Shown one piece after another: positions 14,302 to 24,516 of a DNA stretch of 64,000 bases. Position 1 is the first letter of the stretch, and each line of letters starts with the position of its first letter. A program made the translations under genes and the position numbers. Source of the stretch: Stegostoma tigrinum. Lineage: Eukaryota. A model generated the notes under the pieces. That model did no database searches and was not told the origin of the DNA. It saw nothing but the letters and a program-made list of their open reading frames with translations. Where the stretch lies: the NCBI RefSeq assembly GCF_030684315.1, contig NC_081356.1, positions 77,484,835 to 77,548,834 of the forward strand. Reading direction: 5' to 3'.

Positions 14302-14987
14302 TCAGACTAATCGTCTTTTCTTTTCAGGGGTCCTGGACTTCCTCCTTCTTAATGCAAAACAAAGTGCTTCAGGTTGCTGCACTGTGGAAGGTCCTAGACT
14401 CTGAGACTGAGGAGGGTGTGTGGGAGAGTGGTCTTCTGAACTTGTTTTGTGGATTGGCTCTTCAAGCACAGACCTCATGAGCCTTGATAGTTCAGGAGAT
14501 GTTTGAGGGAAATGCCGCTGCAAGGATAGATGCATCTCTGAGACGTTTTGTGCCATTTCCCGGGTGTGAAGGAGTAACTGTTGGTTTTGTAGCACCAATT
14601 CTCTGGTGTTGTCAGCCACTCCCTTGGTCTGCTGGGCCACCTGATGGGTATGCTCAGCAACTAAGTGGGTTTCATGAGCTAACTCCCGGGTTGCTTGTAT
14701 GAGATCCCGCATAAGGGGCTGGAATTCTACCCAAAAATCTCTCAAGAATGCAGTCTGCTGGTTTTGAGATTCAAGCAGTTGCCTATCAAATTCATTCACT
14801 AATTTGGCATTGGAAGGTGGGCATGGGCCCCTTTTGGGAAAGTATGTCTCTGATAGTGAGGGTGGCATATTAGGAGTAGGGGGAGATTCTGAGGCTGGTG
14901 TCCAACTTCTTGCTCCATCCTCATTGCAAATGAGTTGTCCTCTCGAGGGACCAGCTTTCTCTGCATAGGATCTTCCTTCTTCCTTTA
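14302..14987 (-). CDS. Uncharacterised Myb/SANT-like (Harbinger-derived) protein, coding exon 2: heptad coiled coil and basic NLS-like tail
   Basis: Lies in a 233-codon uninterrupted ORF outside recognisable repeats. Acceptor ttttttccag|TA AAG GAA at 14988/14987 is phase 1, matching the exon-1 donor. Contains heptads TRELAHE/THLVAEH/THQVAQQ/TKGVADN/TRELVLQ and ends RRRKSRTPEKKRRLV*. Confidence 0.72.
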
Positions 14988-16599
14988 CTGGAAAAAAATA
15001 CAATGAGAGGTTACTCTATTAAATCACAGAACCGAAGAGTACCTAGATTTTAACACATCACACTGTCTTACATCAGTAGGTTCCCTGTAATGTGTTTTAA
15101 AAATTCAAATCTTCTAATCATTTAAAATGGAGCCAAAATTTGAAATATTCTGCATTGTGGTTAGTTTTGAGCAGATAAAATGAATTGAACAGCCATGAAA
15201 TATTCATAGTGTTTGTTTTTAAAAAAAAATTATTGAACCAACAATTCAAATAAAAAAAACACTTCCTTGGCCTCAGGTACAACTGGCAACATATTGTAAC
15301 AGTGCAATTTTTGATATGGACAATGGAAAGTATTGAGAAAAATCAACAGTCTCCAGCAACGTTGTCCTTTTAAAGATCATAAGCAAATAGTCAAATAAAC
15401 ACCTTTTTGTTCAAATCATATCAATTTTGAAGCCTTATCTTTGTGGTATTTTCCTAGATGATGACTCCATGTATCTTGCAGAATTTGCCACCTCTACCAA
15501 CTGTGTATGGGTCGTTTGGAATAAGTCAGGGTTGTTTGGAATAAGTTACTGACACCAACTCTCATTTGCCTTTGTTTTACCTTGGGCTTATCTGGCAATT
15601 ACTAAAGAGTATCCACAAGACAGGTCCTGTTCTCAGATAACAAAAAGGCTTATTGCATAATTACGAGGACCATTGCGAGCCGGCACAGCTATGTCTTGTC
15701 CCTTTGAAAGCCTGAGTTGAACTCCCTGTCTTCATCTACATTGTGGCATCAGTAGCACGGGTGGGACCACTGTAATATGAACATTAACTCCTTACCATTA
15801 CCATCTACAACAGTGTAACAGGCTTATTGGCTCCATGATTTATGAAATGTAAAAGTGAACATATATCAATCCCTTTGAACCATTAAAAACAAAACCACCT
15901 TCCAAGTCCACTGCAGAAGACAATTAGGATGAGTAAAACATACCAGTTGTGAGAAAAAAAACAGAAAATATTTAATAGTGCAAAAAGTATGAATATGCTA
16001 TTTTGTCAGGGGAAAAATGCGCGAAGCACCTCCACGAACAAAATGCGACATGTAACCTTCATTTTGTTCAAAAAGATGTGAAACCTCCCAAGAAGAAACA
16101 AAGAAAGGATTCCTTTGTTCTGACTGCTAAAATAAGAATGCATGTAATAACATGTCTAAGAAATGTATTTAAGAGAATATACAACTTTTAAAACATACTG
16201 AAGAATTTTAAAAGCTTTATCTGAAAAATATTGCCACTTTGCAAAGTTTTAAATTTCAAACAATTTAAAAATACACGAGCTTTGCAAGAAAAGGAAGATT
16301 TAAAAGCTAGAACAGCAAATCACTACAGAACAACCAGTAAGCGCAATTTCAAGCTTTGTTAGTAGAATTTGATACAGTTCAACCATGATACAGAGTTAGC
16401 AAAGACTGGTTAATAAAGAACACAGTGCAACATCAATAGCAAAGTTTACAGTAACTTAAAATAAACTGGATTCCTGAATATAAGACGACAAGCAGATAGA
16501 ATATTTGATTTTAATAAAATTGTAATTATAAAGATTTGCATACCTTTAAAGTCAGAATATTGATCAATCCATTAAGGAGGAATTGAAAGATAATATTTC

Positions 16600-17930
16600 C
16601 TAGCAGATTCAAAATCAGAGAGTCCTTGCAAAACACAGGATTGGACTTTATGGAGGAAACAGTTCCTAAGATAAAGAACTACTTCAAAGTTGAATGCTAA
16701 ATCAGAAGCAGAACAAGTTACTACACCATTATATTTAATAGGTCCTATAGCTAATGTTATTAGAAATCACCAGAAGATAAAGGAAGGTAGAGACACGTTT
16801 AATGATGTTCTAAATATTTAGACAATACTTTAACTTGAAAATGAAGTCTTGAACAGGCAAAATGGATTTTGGAGACAATTTCATAAATGACCACTTCAAA
16901 TTAGTTGAAACCTGTATACATGGAGCCTTGCAATCAAAGTTCATAAACATCAGAATTCATGGAAGAACACTTGATCAGACCCATCACAGACTAAAGGAGA
17001 TTCTACTGTGAAAAACACACATACACTGAAGCAGACACTCGGAAATATCACAAACAAATCCTCAGAGGAAAAGAACAACCTTATGACAGAGCCTATTAAC
17101 TTCATACGCGCACTCTAAATAGATAATGTGACAAGTCAACAAAAAGAGGCATGAGATCAGATACTTAGAGTCAGTGTCAGTGCTATGGAACAGAAAAAAC
17201 TTCATAGGCTAAAAGCAGTATTCAGCTGTGATAGAAGTGTATTGCATCTGTTAAGAAAATGGTAATTTCCAAAGGACGTGCAGGATTTGAAACAGGTTCC
17301 AGAACAGTGGACATACTAACAGGCACACACATAAACAGCTTAATGCAGTGGATCAGCATCTCCATTAAAAGAAAAGCCCACATTTCAAGATATGCCTCCA
17401 CTGGAAGAGATACCTAAAGCATTCCTAAAGCAAATAGGAGATCCATCATTACTGATAAGACTGAATTTACTTATGTCACTGAATATCGTACTCAATTTAA
17501 GCCTCAGAAAAGGCTAGGTATGACTGTACTATCGGAATAAATACCATGGTTACAAAAACAGAAGTTATAACCTACAAATCAAGAGTTGCAATTAATCTTA
17601 CAACATAAAGGATATCAGATAGTAGAGAAAGCATCAATCGTTGAGATTAAGGAAACCAGACTATTAAGCAAGAAAGCATATTGTGTCCTCAACCTCCTTC
17701 AAAAAGGCTGAAGAACTACATTAGCATATGGAGAAAAGTTTCTTTGAGATGGAATACTCAAGATTGTTCACAGAATCAGGCAAACTCAATAATGAATAAC
17801 AGTATAACGTTAGGAAAGATTCTAAGTCATGATTCTGCCACATACCCTTCGTGAATCAAATTTAGAAACAGCTTCAGGAAATGACAAGAACCGGTGTCAT
17901 TTTGTGGGCAGCCAAACTAAATGAATAGTG
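16600..17930 (+). mobile_element. Highly decayed Ty3/Gypsy gag-pol relic inside the Myb-gene intron
   Basis: Hand translation gives DWTLWRKQFLR*RTTSKLNAKSEAEQVTTPLYLIG and DNFINDHFKLVETCIHGALQSKFINIRIHG (gag-like), then LLSKKAYCVLNLL, EYSRLFTESGKL and QLQEMTRTGVI (protease-RT linker-like); many stops. Confidence 0.65.
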
Positions 17931-19839
17931 CTTGTGCATGTTTACTGTCGTCAATAGCTTACTGATCTTTAGTGTCTCTACCTATCATTATCTTCTGCTG
18001 ATTTCTAACATAATCAGCTAATAGGACCTATTAAATATAGTGGTTTAGTGACTTGTTCAGCTTCTAATTTAGTATTCTGCTTTGAAGCAGTTCTTTATCT
18101 TAGGGGAACTGTTTCCTCCATAAAGTCTAATTGTGTGTCTAGTCAGGACATCTCCGATTTTGAATCTGTGAGGAAGTATTATTTTTCAATTTCTCCTTAA
18201 TGGGTTGGTCAATATTCTAATTTTAAAAGTACTGTCTTCCCCTTCTATCACTCACACTTCAAATGTAATTTAATGCACAACAGTTTGGGATGACTTGAAG
18301 ATAATAGACTAAAGGCACTATAACAATATATGATCAACCTGAGAAGGTGATAGACTTGCCAATTTTAAATCAATATTACCACATCTATATGATATTTGAA
18401 TTAATTTGGCACCCCAATTAAATTAAAACAATCCATATAAGTTCACTACTCTTTAGAAGTGTTACTTATGTAAACATAACAGCTGCTATGTGCCAAATAT
18501 CCCAAGTGAGATAAATGATAATGACATTAATTTGAATGTTGAATAAAAATGTTCGAATGATCTTGACCATCCACATGAACCATCAGGACTATGGTTCAAC
18601 ATTTTATCAAAAGACCAGTAGCTCTAAGTGTAGCAGTGCCTCAGTGCTGCCCTGGAATCCTAGCCTGGAATTGTGTGACCAAGTCTTGATGTGGCACTTG
18701 CCTGCCAAATCTTTTTACGCAGCAGCAAGATAAGACTGGCAATCCAATAACAACAACTACTAACATGAATAAGCTCCAAAACATGCTCCAAATCCGAACT
18801 GATCTACTGCACCTAATTCTGATTCACACAACGAATATGTAAGACCAGAAACCTCATTTAGATATGGATGCAGCTCTACATAAATCAAGACAAAACAATA
18901 CGTGAGGTCGAGGGTCAGTGTATAGTGAAATCATGAGTCAAATTCGGATAACCTGAAACTCCAGCAGAATGAGAAATTCAGTAGAAGGATATGAATTGTT
19001 CAGGCTGGTAGCTCCAGGCTAATCAAATCCATGTAGTCTCGGCATATAACCATACGAGCCAATCGGAATGGCTGTACTAGCTGGAGTAGAGAACATTCCC
19101 AACCCTGAACAATTCTGCAGGTATTGGGAATAACCGTGGTAAAGAGCCTGGGCTATAAGAGTACAGTTGCAGCAACGGACAGCTGGACCAATTCAAAGCA
19201 AGGTAATGGCATTGCAGTGAGGGTGTGGAATTAGACCCTGAAGAGACTGATGAATACCCATCTGCCAGTTTTCTGAGCTGAAGCCGTAAAGGATGTAGAA
19301 ATGCTCAAGATTTGATACTGCAGCAGGAAAGCACAGAAGTTTTAACTGCATTGATGACATGGCAGACTGTATTGTTCTTGACAGAAAACAAAATAACAAA
19401 GGAAGATTGAGTTTTTCCACTGCTAACTTCCAACTTCTTTTTCAGTGCTGTTTAGGCTATAATAAGTTATTGACAAATTGAAAAATAAATATTTTTTTCA
19501 CATATTTACTATATTTCTGTATTTCCATTCTTTTTTTTTGACACAGAATACATTTATAGGCAAACCAGGTTACATGGTGGATTCCTCAGCTACTCAAAGC
19601 TCCACTTAAACATGAATTTGTGGGAGGGCCCCCTGCAATTTGATTTTTCATTTCCCAAGCCTATGTTTTACTCCAGCCTAGATGGATGTGTTGGGAGTGT
19701 CTCCATCCTCATAATTATAAGGATCACATGAGAAGTGAGCTTTGAAGCTTTAATTCAAGGGAAATTCATGATCCAAGTATAGTGTTGCACTCATTGGGAA
19801 AATAAAACAGTGATTTGAGATGCATGTAGGACATGCCCC

Positions 19840-20805
19840 TGTCGGTATCAATGCTGCTGAGGTGGAGGTGGTCAAGAGCTTCAAGTTCCAAGGAGTGAAT
19901 ATCACCAACAATCTGTACAGGTCCATCCACATTGATGCTACAGGCAAGAAAGCACACCAGCACTTCTACGTCTTCACGAGGTTAAGAAAATTTGGCATGT
20001 CCACAATGGCTCTTACCGATTTTTATAGAAGCACCATAGAAAGCACCCGATTCAGACGTATCACAATTTGGTACGCAACTGCTCTGCCCCAGACCGCAAG
20101 AAATTAGGGAGAGCTGCGATCGCAGCTCAGTTGATCATGAGAACGAGTCTTCCTTCCATTGACTCTGTCTACACTTCTCGCTGCCTTGGGAAAGCAGCCA
20201 GCGTAATCAAAGATCCTTCCCACCCCAGTTATTCTATCTTCCACCCTCTTCCATCAGGCAGAAGATACAGAATTTTGATAAATACATATGAACAGATTCA
20301 AGAACAAGTTCTTCCCCACTGTTATCAGACTTCTGAACATATATTATAGTTGATCTTTCTCCATGTCTTCTTAAGGGATAGTATGGTGGCTCAGTGGTTA
20401 GCACTGCTGCCTCACTGCACCAGGGATCCAGGTTCAATGTTATCCCTGAGTGACTGTCTATGTGGAGTTTGCACATTTTTCCTGTGTCCACATGGTCCAC
20501 TTTTCTCCCACAATCTAGAGATATGTAGGCTCGGTGGATTAGCCATGGGAAATGCAGAGTTACAGGGGTAGGGTGGTGGAGTGGTGCTGGGTGAAGTGCT
20601 CTTCAGATATTTGGGTCAACGTAATGGGCTGAATGGCCTGCTTCCATGCTGTGGGGATTCACTGATTCTCTATAGTTACAACACTATATTCTGTATTCTG
20701 TTCTATTATTCTGATGTACTTATGTCTTATTTGTCTGGTTAAACATAAAACAATACTTTTCACTGTATTTTGGTACATGTGACAATAATAAATCAAATCA
20801 AAAAT
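19840..20805 (+). mobile_element. Rex1/Babar-type LINE 3' fragment, interrupted by a SINE
   Basis: VEVVKSFKFQGVNITNNL...LRKFGMS...FYRSTIES and ...IKDPSHP...LPSGRRYR; tail acaataataaatcaaatcaaa near 20800. Confidence 0.75.
20377..20660 (+). mobile_element. tRNA-derived SINE (HE1/V-SINE-like)
   Basis: ggtggctcagtggttagcactgctgcctcac (A box), ggttcaat (B box-like), tgtggagtttgcacatt core and a CR1-like tail. Confidence 0.8.
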
Positions 20806-21689
20806 CATAAGATAAGGCCTTGAAACAAACTGTTGGCAATTGAACTTTTCTTGATAAACTCATTGAGGAGCCATTTGGATGTCTGATATGCAAAGTGAGA
20901 TCACTCACATTCATAGAGTGAGCCTTACTCCCCTCAGATTAAGATGAAAGCCTGCTGCTTGGGGAGAGGGCAGTGAGCATGAGCTTTTAGCCTGCATCAA
21001 ATCATGCTGAAGCCGATTGGGCAACAGTTGAAAAAATTAGAGGTTCTCCAAATGCGGGAAAACATGTTCTTTTCCGTTGCACCGAAAATTCTGACTTCAA
21101 CAAGAAGACAAATGACCAAGAAACTGAAAGGAGAGAGGAAGCAGGAAATGGATCCATTTCCTTCAGGTTGACTGGGCTGGGCGAAGCTCTTCTTCGAATA
21201 ACAAGCGGCTAGAGAGGCAGATGGTTACTTTTCATATAATGTCTAAAAATATCTGACAGAAGTAGTTTATTTTAACTCAATGTGTTTTTTAAAAATCTTT
21301 CAAACCAGGTGACAGTGTGGATTCTGACCCCCTTTTAATTAATCATACCAGTTGGGGTGGTATTATTTTTTCTAGTTTTATATTTGAAATTCTTTGAACA
21401 GTTTAGACTCAGTCAATTCATATCTGAACATTGACCCAAATAAGTTACAATATGGAAGTGGGTCACTTGGCCCAGCCTAGACATGAATTTCTAGACTATG
21501 AATTCAGAAAACACTTTTACTTGTGTAAAGTATTTGTATGAGCTCAGGACATCCCAAAACACTCTACAGACAGTGAAATCCTTTCTGAAAAGTAATCATT
21601 ACCGTAATATAGGAAAAGAAAACACGTACTTTATAACTATCTCCCAGTGAGGTTCTTTATACATAAAGTAACTTAACAGTCCCAACATA

Positions 21690-22190
21690 CTTGCTTTTTT
21701 TGTTTATTCATGGAATATGGGTATCGTTGACTAGGCTAGCATTTATTGCCCATTCCTACTTGTCCTTGAGGACGTGTTGGTGCATTGCCTTCTTGAACTA
21801 TTGCAGTCCATGGTGTTGGGGACACTGTTGTTATAAAATCAGAAAATTCCTACAGTGTAGGAAGAAGCGGATCTACACCACACAAGGAGAGAGTTTTCAT
21901 TTTTTTTTGGATGTTGGAGTGGTCTGATACAATTGAACAGCATAGGCCATTTCAGAAGGCAGTTAAGAGCCAAACACACTGTTCTGGGTCCAGAATCACA
22001 TGTAAGCCAGCCCAGGTACAATGGAAGATTTTCTAACCTTAAGGACATTAGTGAACCAGATGGGTTTTACAATAATTGACAGTGGTTTTCCTGATCATCA
22101 TCAATCTGGCTTTTAATCCAGGTTTTATTGAATTCAAATTTCACCATACGTCTGGTGTGATTCAAAGCCATATCTCCAGAACAATAGCCT
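21690..22190 (-). mobile_element. Deu-domain SINE, degenerate
   Basis: Reverse-complement match to the 32280-32603 copy (agcatttattgcccat; gacattagtgaaccagatgggt; ttattgaattcaaatt). Confidence 0.6.
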
Positions 22191-22224
22191 AAGTTTCTGT
22201 TTTCTGAATTTGGTGATATTTAGT

Positions 22225-22335
22225 GATGATGCAGAGGTAGTGTCCATATCTCTGAGCCAGGACGTCCGATTCAAATCCTACTTGCTCCAAAGGTATGTAA
22301 TAACATCTCTGAACATGTTGGTTAGAAAATATCCC
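22225..22335 (+). mobile_element. Short tRNA-derived SINE
   Basis: gcagaggtagtgtcc...ttcaaatcc...aacatctctgaac...gttagaaaa; similar copies at about 51627-51745 (+) and 59770-59890 (-). Confidence 0.55.
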
Positions 22336-22462
22336 ACAGCACCTCCCAAAATATTGCCTCAGATGATAATTTAATCTCTCTGTAATGTCCATTAGTTACA
22401 AATAGAATGCAAATTAGATGATATTTAGAATCACGACAAGTTCATCGAAGGGAAACACTTAC

Positions 22463-22868
22463 TTGCCCTCCAGTATGGAAAGTCTGCAGGATCCAGTCCA
22501 CCCATCCACAGTATTGACTGAGGGTGCATGATCTGATGGACTCTCCATTCCTCTGGGATCAGATCTTCTGCTCCACAAGGTTCTACTTGAATTTGACGTG
22601 CCTCTCGGGCCAAATGGGCGACCTCTTTAGTGCGCCGCATAAGGTCATCCCAACGGGTCTTGATGGCCTTTACAGACCGTTTGACCTGTGAGACTGCATT
22701 GACTTTGGCAGTGATATTTTGCCATATCTTATCACGCTCTCCCTGCGACAGTCTGTGGGCACGACCGAAAAGTTGATCCCTATGTGCGGTCACCTCAGCA
22801 ATCAGTACTTCCAGCTCATCTGAGCTGAATTTGGGCAGTCTCTGTCTCCTCTGCTGCTGCTCTGCCAT
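22463..22868 (-). CDS. Uncharacterised Myb/SANT-like (Harbinger-derived) protein, coding exon 1: DNA-binding domain
   Basis: MAEQQQRRQRLPKFSSDELEVLIAEV...LFG...KIWQNITAKVNAVSQVKRSVKAIKTRWDDLMRRTK fits the Myb_DNA-bind_5 pattern of NAIF1/MSANTD and Harbinger Myb proteins. Start context aaaATGG; donor GCA A|gtaagt at 22463/22462 (phase 1; 406 nt). Confidence 0.85.
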
Positions 22869-23503
22869 TTTACTGAAATCTGCAAACTCCTTGCACCACG
22901 TGGCTAACTCCCAACAGAATATTCATTTGCAAGTTGTCAACATGCCCAAACGCTTATTTTGCAGAATCAACAGTCCTAACTGCCCTAATACCTCCTTATC
23001 AGTTATGCCTAAAGTTAATAAATTAGTGGACGTTCCACAAATTTTCCGCAACACAGCAACTTCGTTTGCGTAAAACTTGCACAAAATCTGCTTATGTCTG
23101 CGTGCAGAAAGAGAGGAAGGAGTTTGGTGAGTAGGCGGGGGTCGACAGCAATTTACAGCAGGATTAGTGCTAGCTTGCAATGAGCTGCCGGCAGTATACT
23201 TGCTCTGCAAAGCTGTTTTTTTGCTGTGGTGTTGGAGCCTTTGCCGCAATCCCAGCGACGACTAGCGGACAAAGTGTTTCAACCCGCGTATTCACTCCTC
23301 TCAATAAATCTGGGTACCGGTCTGCGTCTGCGCACACCTGGGGCCGGTGGATCATTCGGCAGCGGCTCACACTAGGGCCACCGGTGTGTCATTCTGCGTC
23401 TGCGCACACCAGGGCACCCGGCGTGGCATTCTGCGTCTGCGCACACCAGGGCTCCCGGTGTGTCGTTCAGCGGCTGCGCACACTCAACGTTTTATTAACG
23501 AAG
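22869..23503. promoter_or_regulatory. CpG-rich bidirectional promoter between the Myb-like gene (-) and CCDC112 (+)
   Basis: 635 bp between divergent ATGs; CpG-dense from about 23100 to 23860 against a CpG-poor background; repeated TGCGTCTGCGCA (NRF1-like); YY1-like AAGATGGC at the CCDC112 start. Confidence 0.75.
23317..23484. repeat. 37-bp minisatellite, about 4.5 copies
   Basis: Units start with CCGG at 23344, 23381, 23418 and 23455 (exact 37-bp spacing), plus a shortened unit at 23317; consensus ccggtgtgtcattctgcgtctgcgcacaccagggcnc. Confidence 0.9.
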
Positions 23504-23530
23504 ATGGCAACCATAGTAACAGGGATGGAG
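23504..23530 (+). CDS. CCDC112: CCDC112 coding exon 1 (MATIVTGME)
   Basis: aagATGG Kozak context; donor GAG|gtgagg; phase 0 fits exon 2. Confidence 0.7.
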
Positions 23531-23620
23531 GTGAGGAGTGATTCTTTCTACTGTTTGTATTTGGTGTGAAGTTTCTCTTTTCGGCGGGGGGCTATGATTA
23601 AATTCTCTCTGTATAAACAG

Positions 23621-23745
23621 GCTGGCGATTGCGGTCGGAAGCCGGACTTAGTGTCGAGGCAGCGGTTGCAGGTTCCCATTCCCGGGCGCAGGGAGTCGGG
23701 CGGGAAGGCCGCCTTCAGCCGGGAGCTCCGCAAACTGTGGCTCCA
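23621..23745 (+). CDS. CCDC112: CCDC112 coding exon 2
   Basis: Acceptor aaacag|GCT, donor CA|gtgagt; 125 nt, phase 0 to 2, completing Gln with exon 3. KAAFSRELRKLWLQ aligns to recalled human KAEFVRTAEKFKNQ. Confidence 0.75.
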
Positions 23746-24516
23746 GTGAGTATAAGTAGCTGTTCCACCTCCACCTCCACCTCAGAGTGAATTTGCAGCC
23801 GCGGTCAGGTGGAATATGCTGTTCCAAAACCACGACCGTAAAGAGAGCCTTACGGTCCGTCGTGTATCTGCTGGCTCAAAGCTGTCTTTCTAATTTCACT
23901 TTTCATGAAACGAATGAGAATAAGTAGGAAATTCATTGAGATCATGGCTGATCTGATAATCCGACGTTCTATTTGCCTACCTTTTCCTCATAGTTCTTGA
24001 TTCCTTTACTGATTAAAAATCTATCTTTGCCTTGAATGTACTTACTGACCCAACTTCAACTACTGTCTGTGATAAAGAAACCTAGGACTCACTACCATCT
24101 GGGGGAAGAAATTCCTTCTTATCTTTTTCTTAAATGTGTGAACCTTATTCTGAGATTTTCCCTGCTCGTCCTAGACTTCCCAAGAAGGGGAACAACTTCT
24201 CAGGATCTACCCTGAGGATGTCCTCTAAAAGTATTGAATGTTTAACTGAAGTTATTTCATTCTAACTACACTGGGTACAGGCTTAACCTCTCCTTATAAA
24301 ACAGTCCCTCCATACCCAACGTTGACTTAGTAAACCTGCTCTGAAGTGCCTGTAATGCCAGTATATATCTCCTGAGATAAGGGGACCGAAACTATACCAG
24401 TATTCCAGCTGTAGTTAGTATAGTGTCTTGTAAGTTTTAGCAAAACCTCCTCACGTTTATACTCTATTCCCTTTCAAATGAAGGCCAACACTCCACTTGC
24501 CTCCCCTGTTATCTGT

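Noticed and set aside
20377-20450. tRNA-like sequence
   Set aside because: It is the head of a multi-copy SINE with a degenerate B box, not a tRNA gene.
23317-23484. 37-bp periodic repeat resembling a CRISPR array
   Set aside because: Units are contiguous with no unique spacers, there are no cas genes, and the context is vertebrate; it is a minisatellite.
22923-23569. ORFs of 108 and 129 aa across the bidirectional promoter
   Set aside because: They read through the minisatellite and GC-rich DNA, have non-ATG starts and show no homology.
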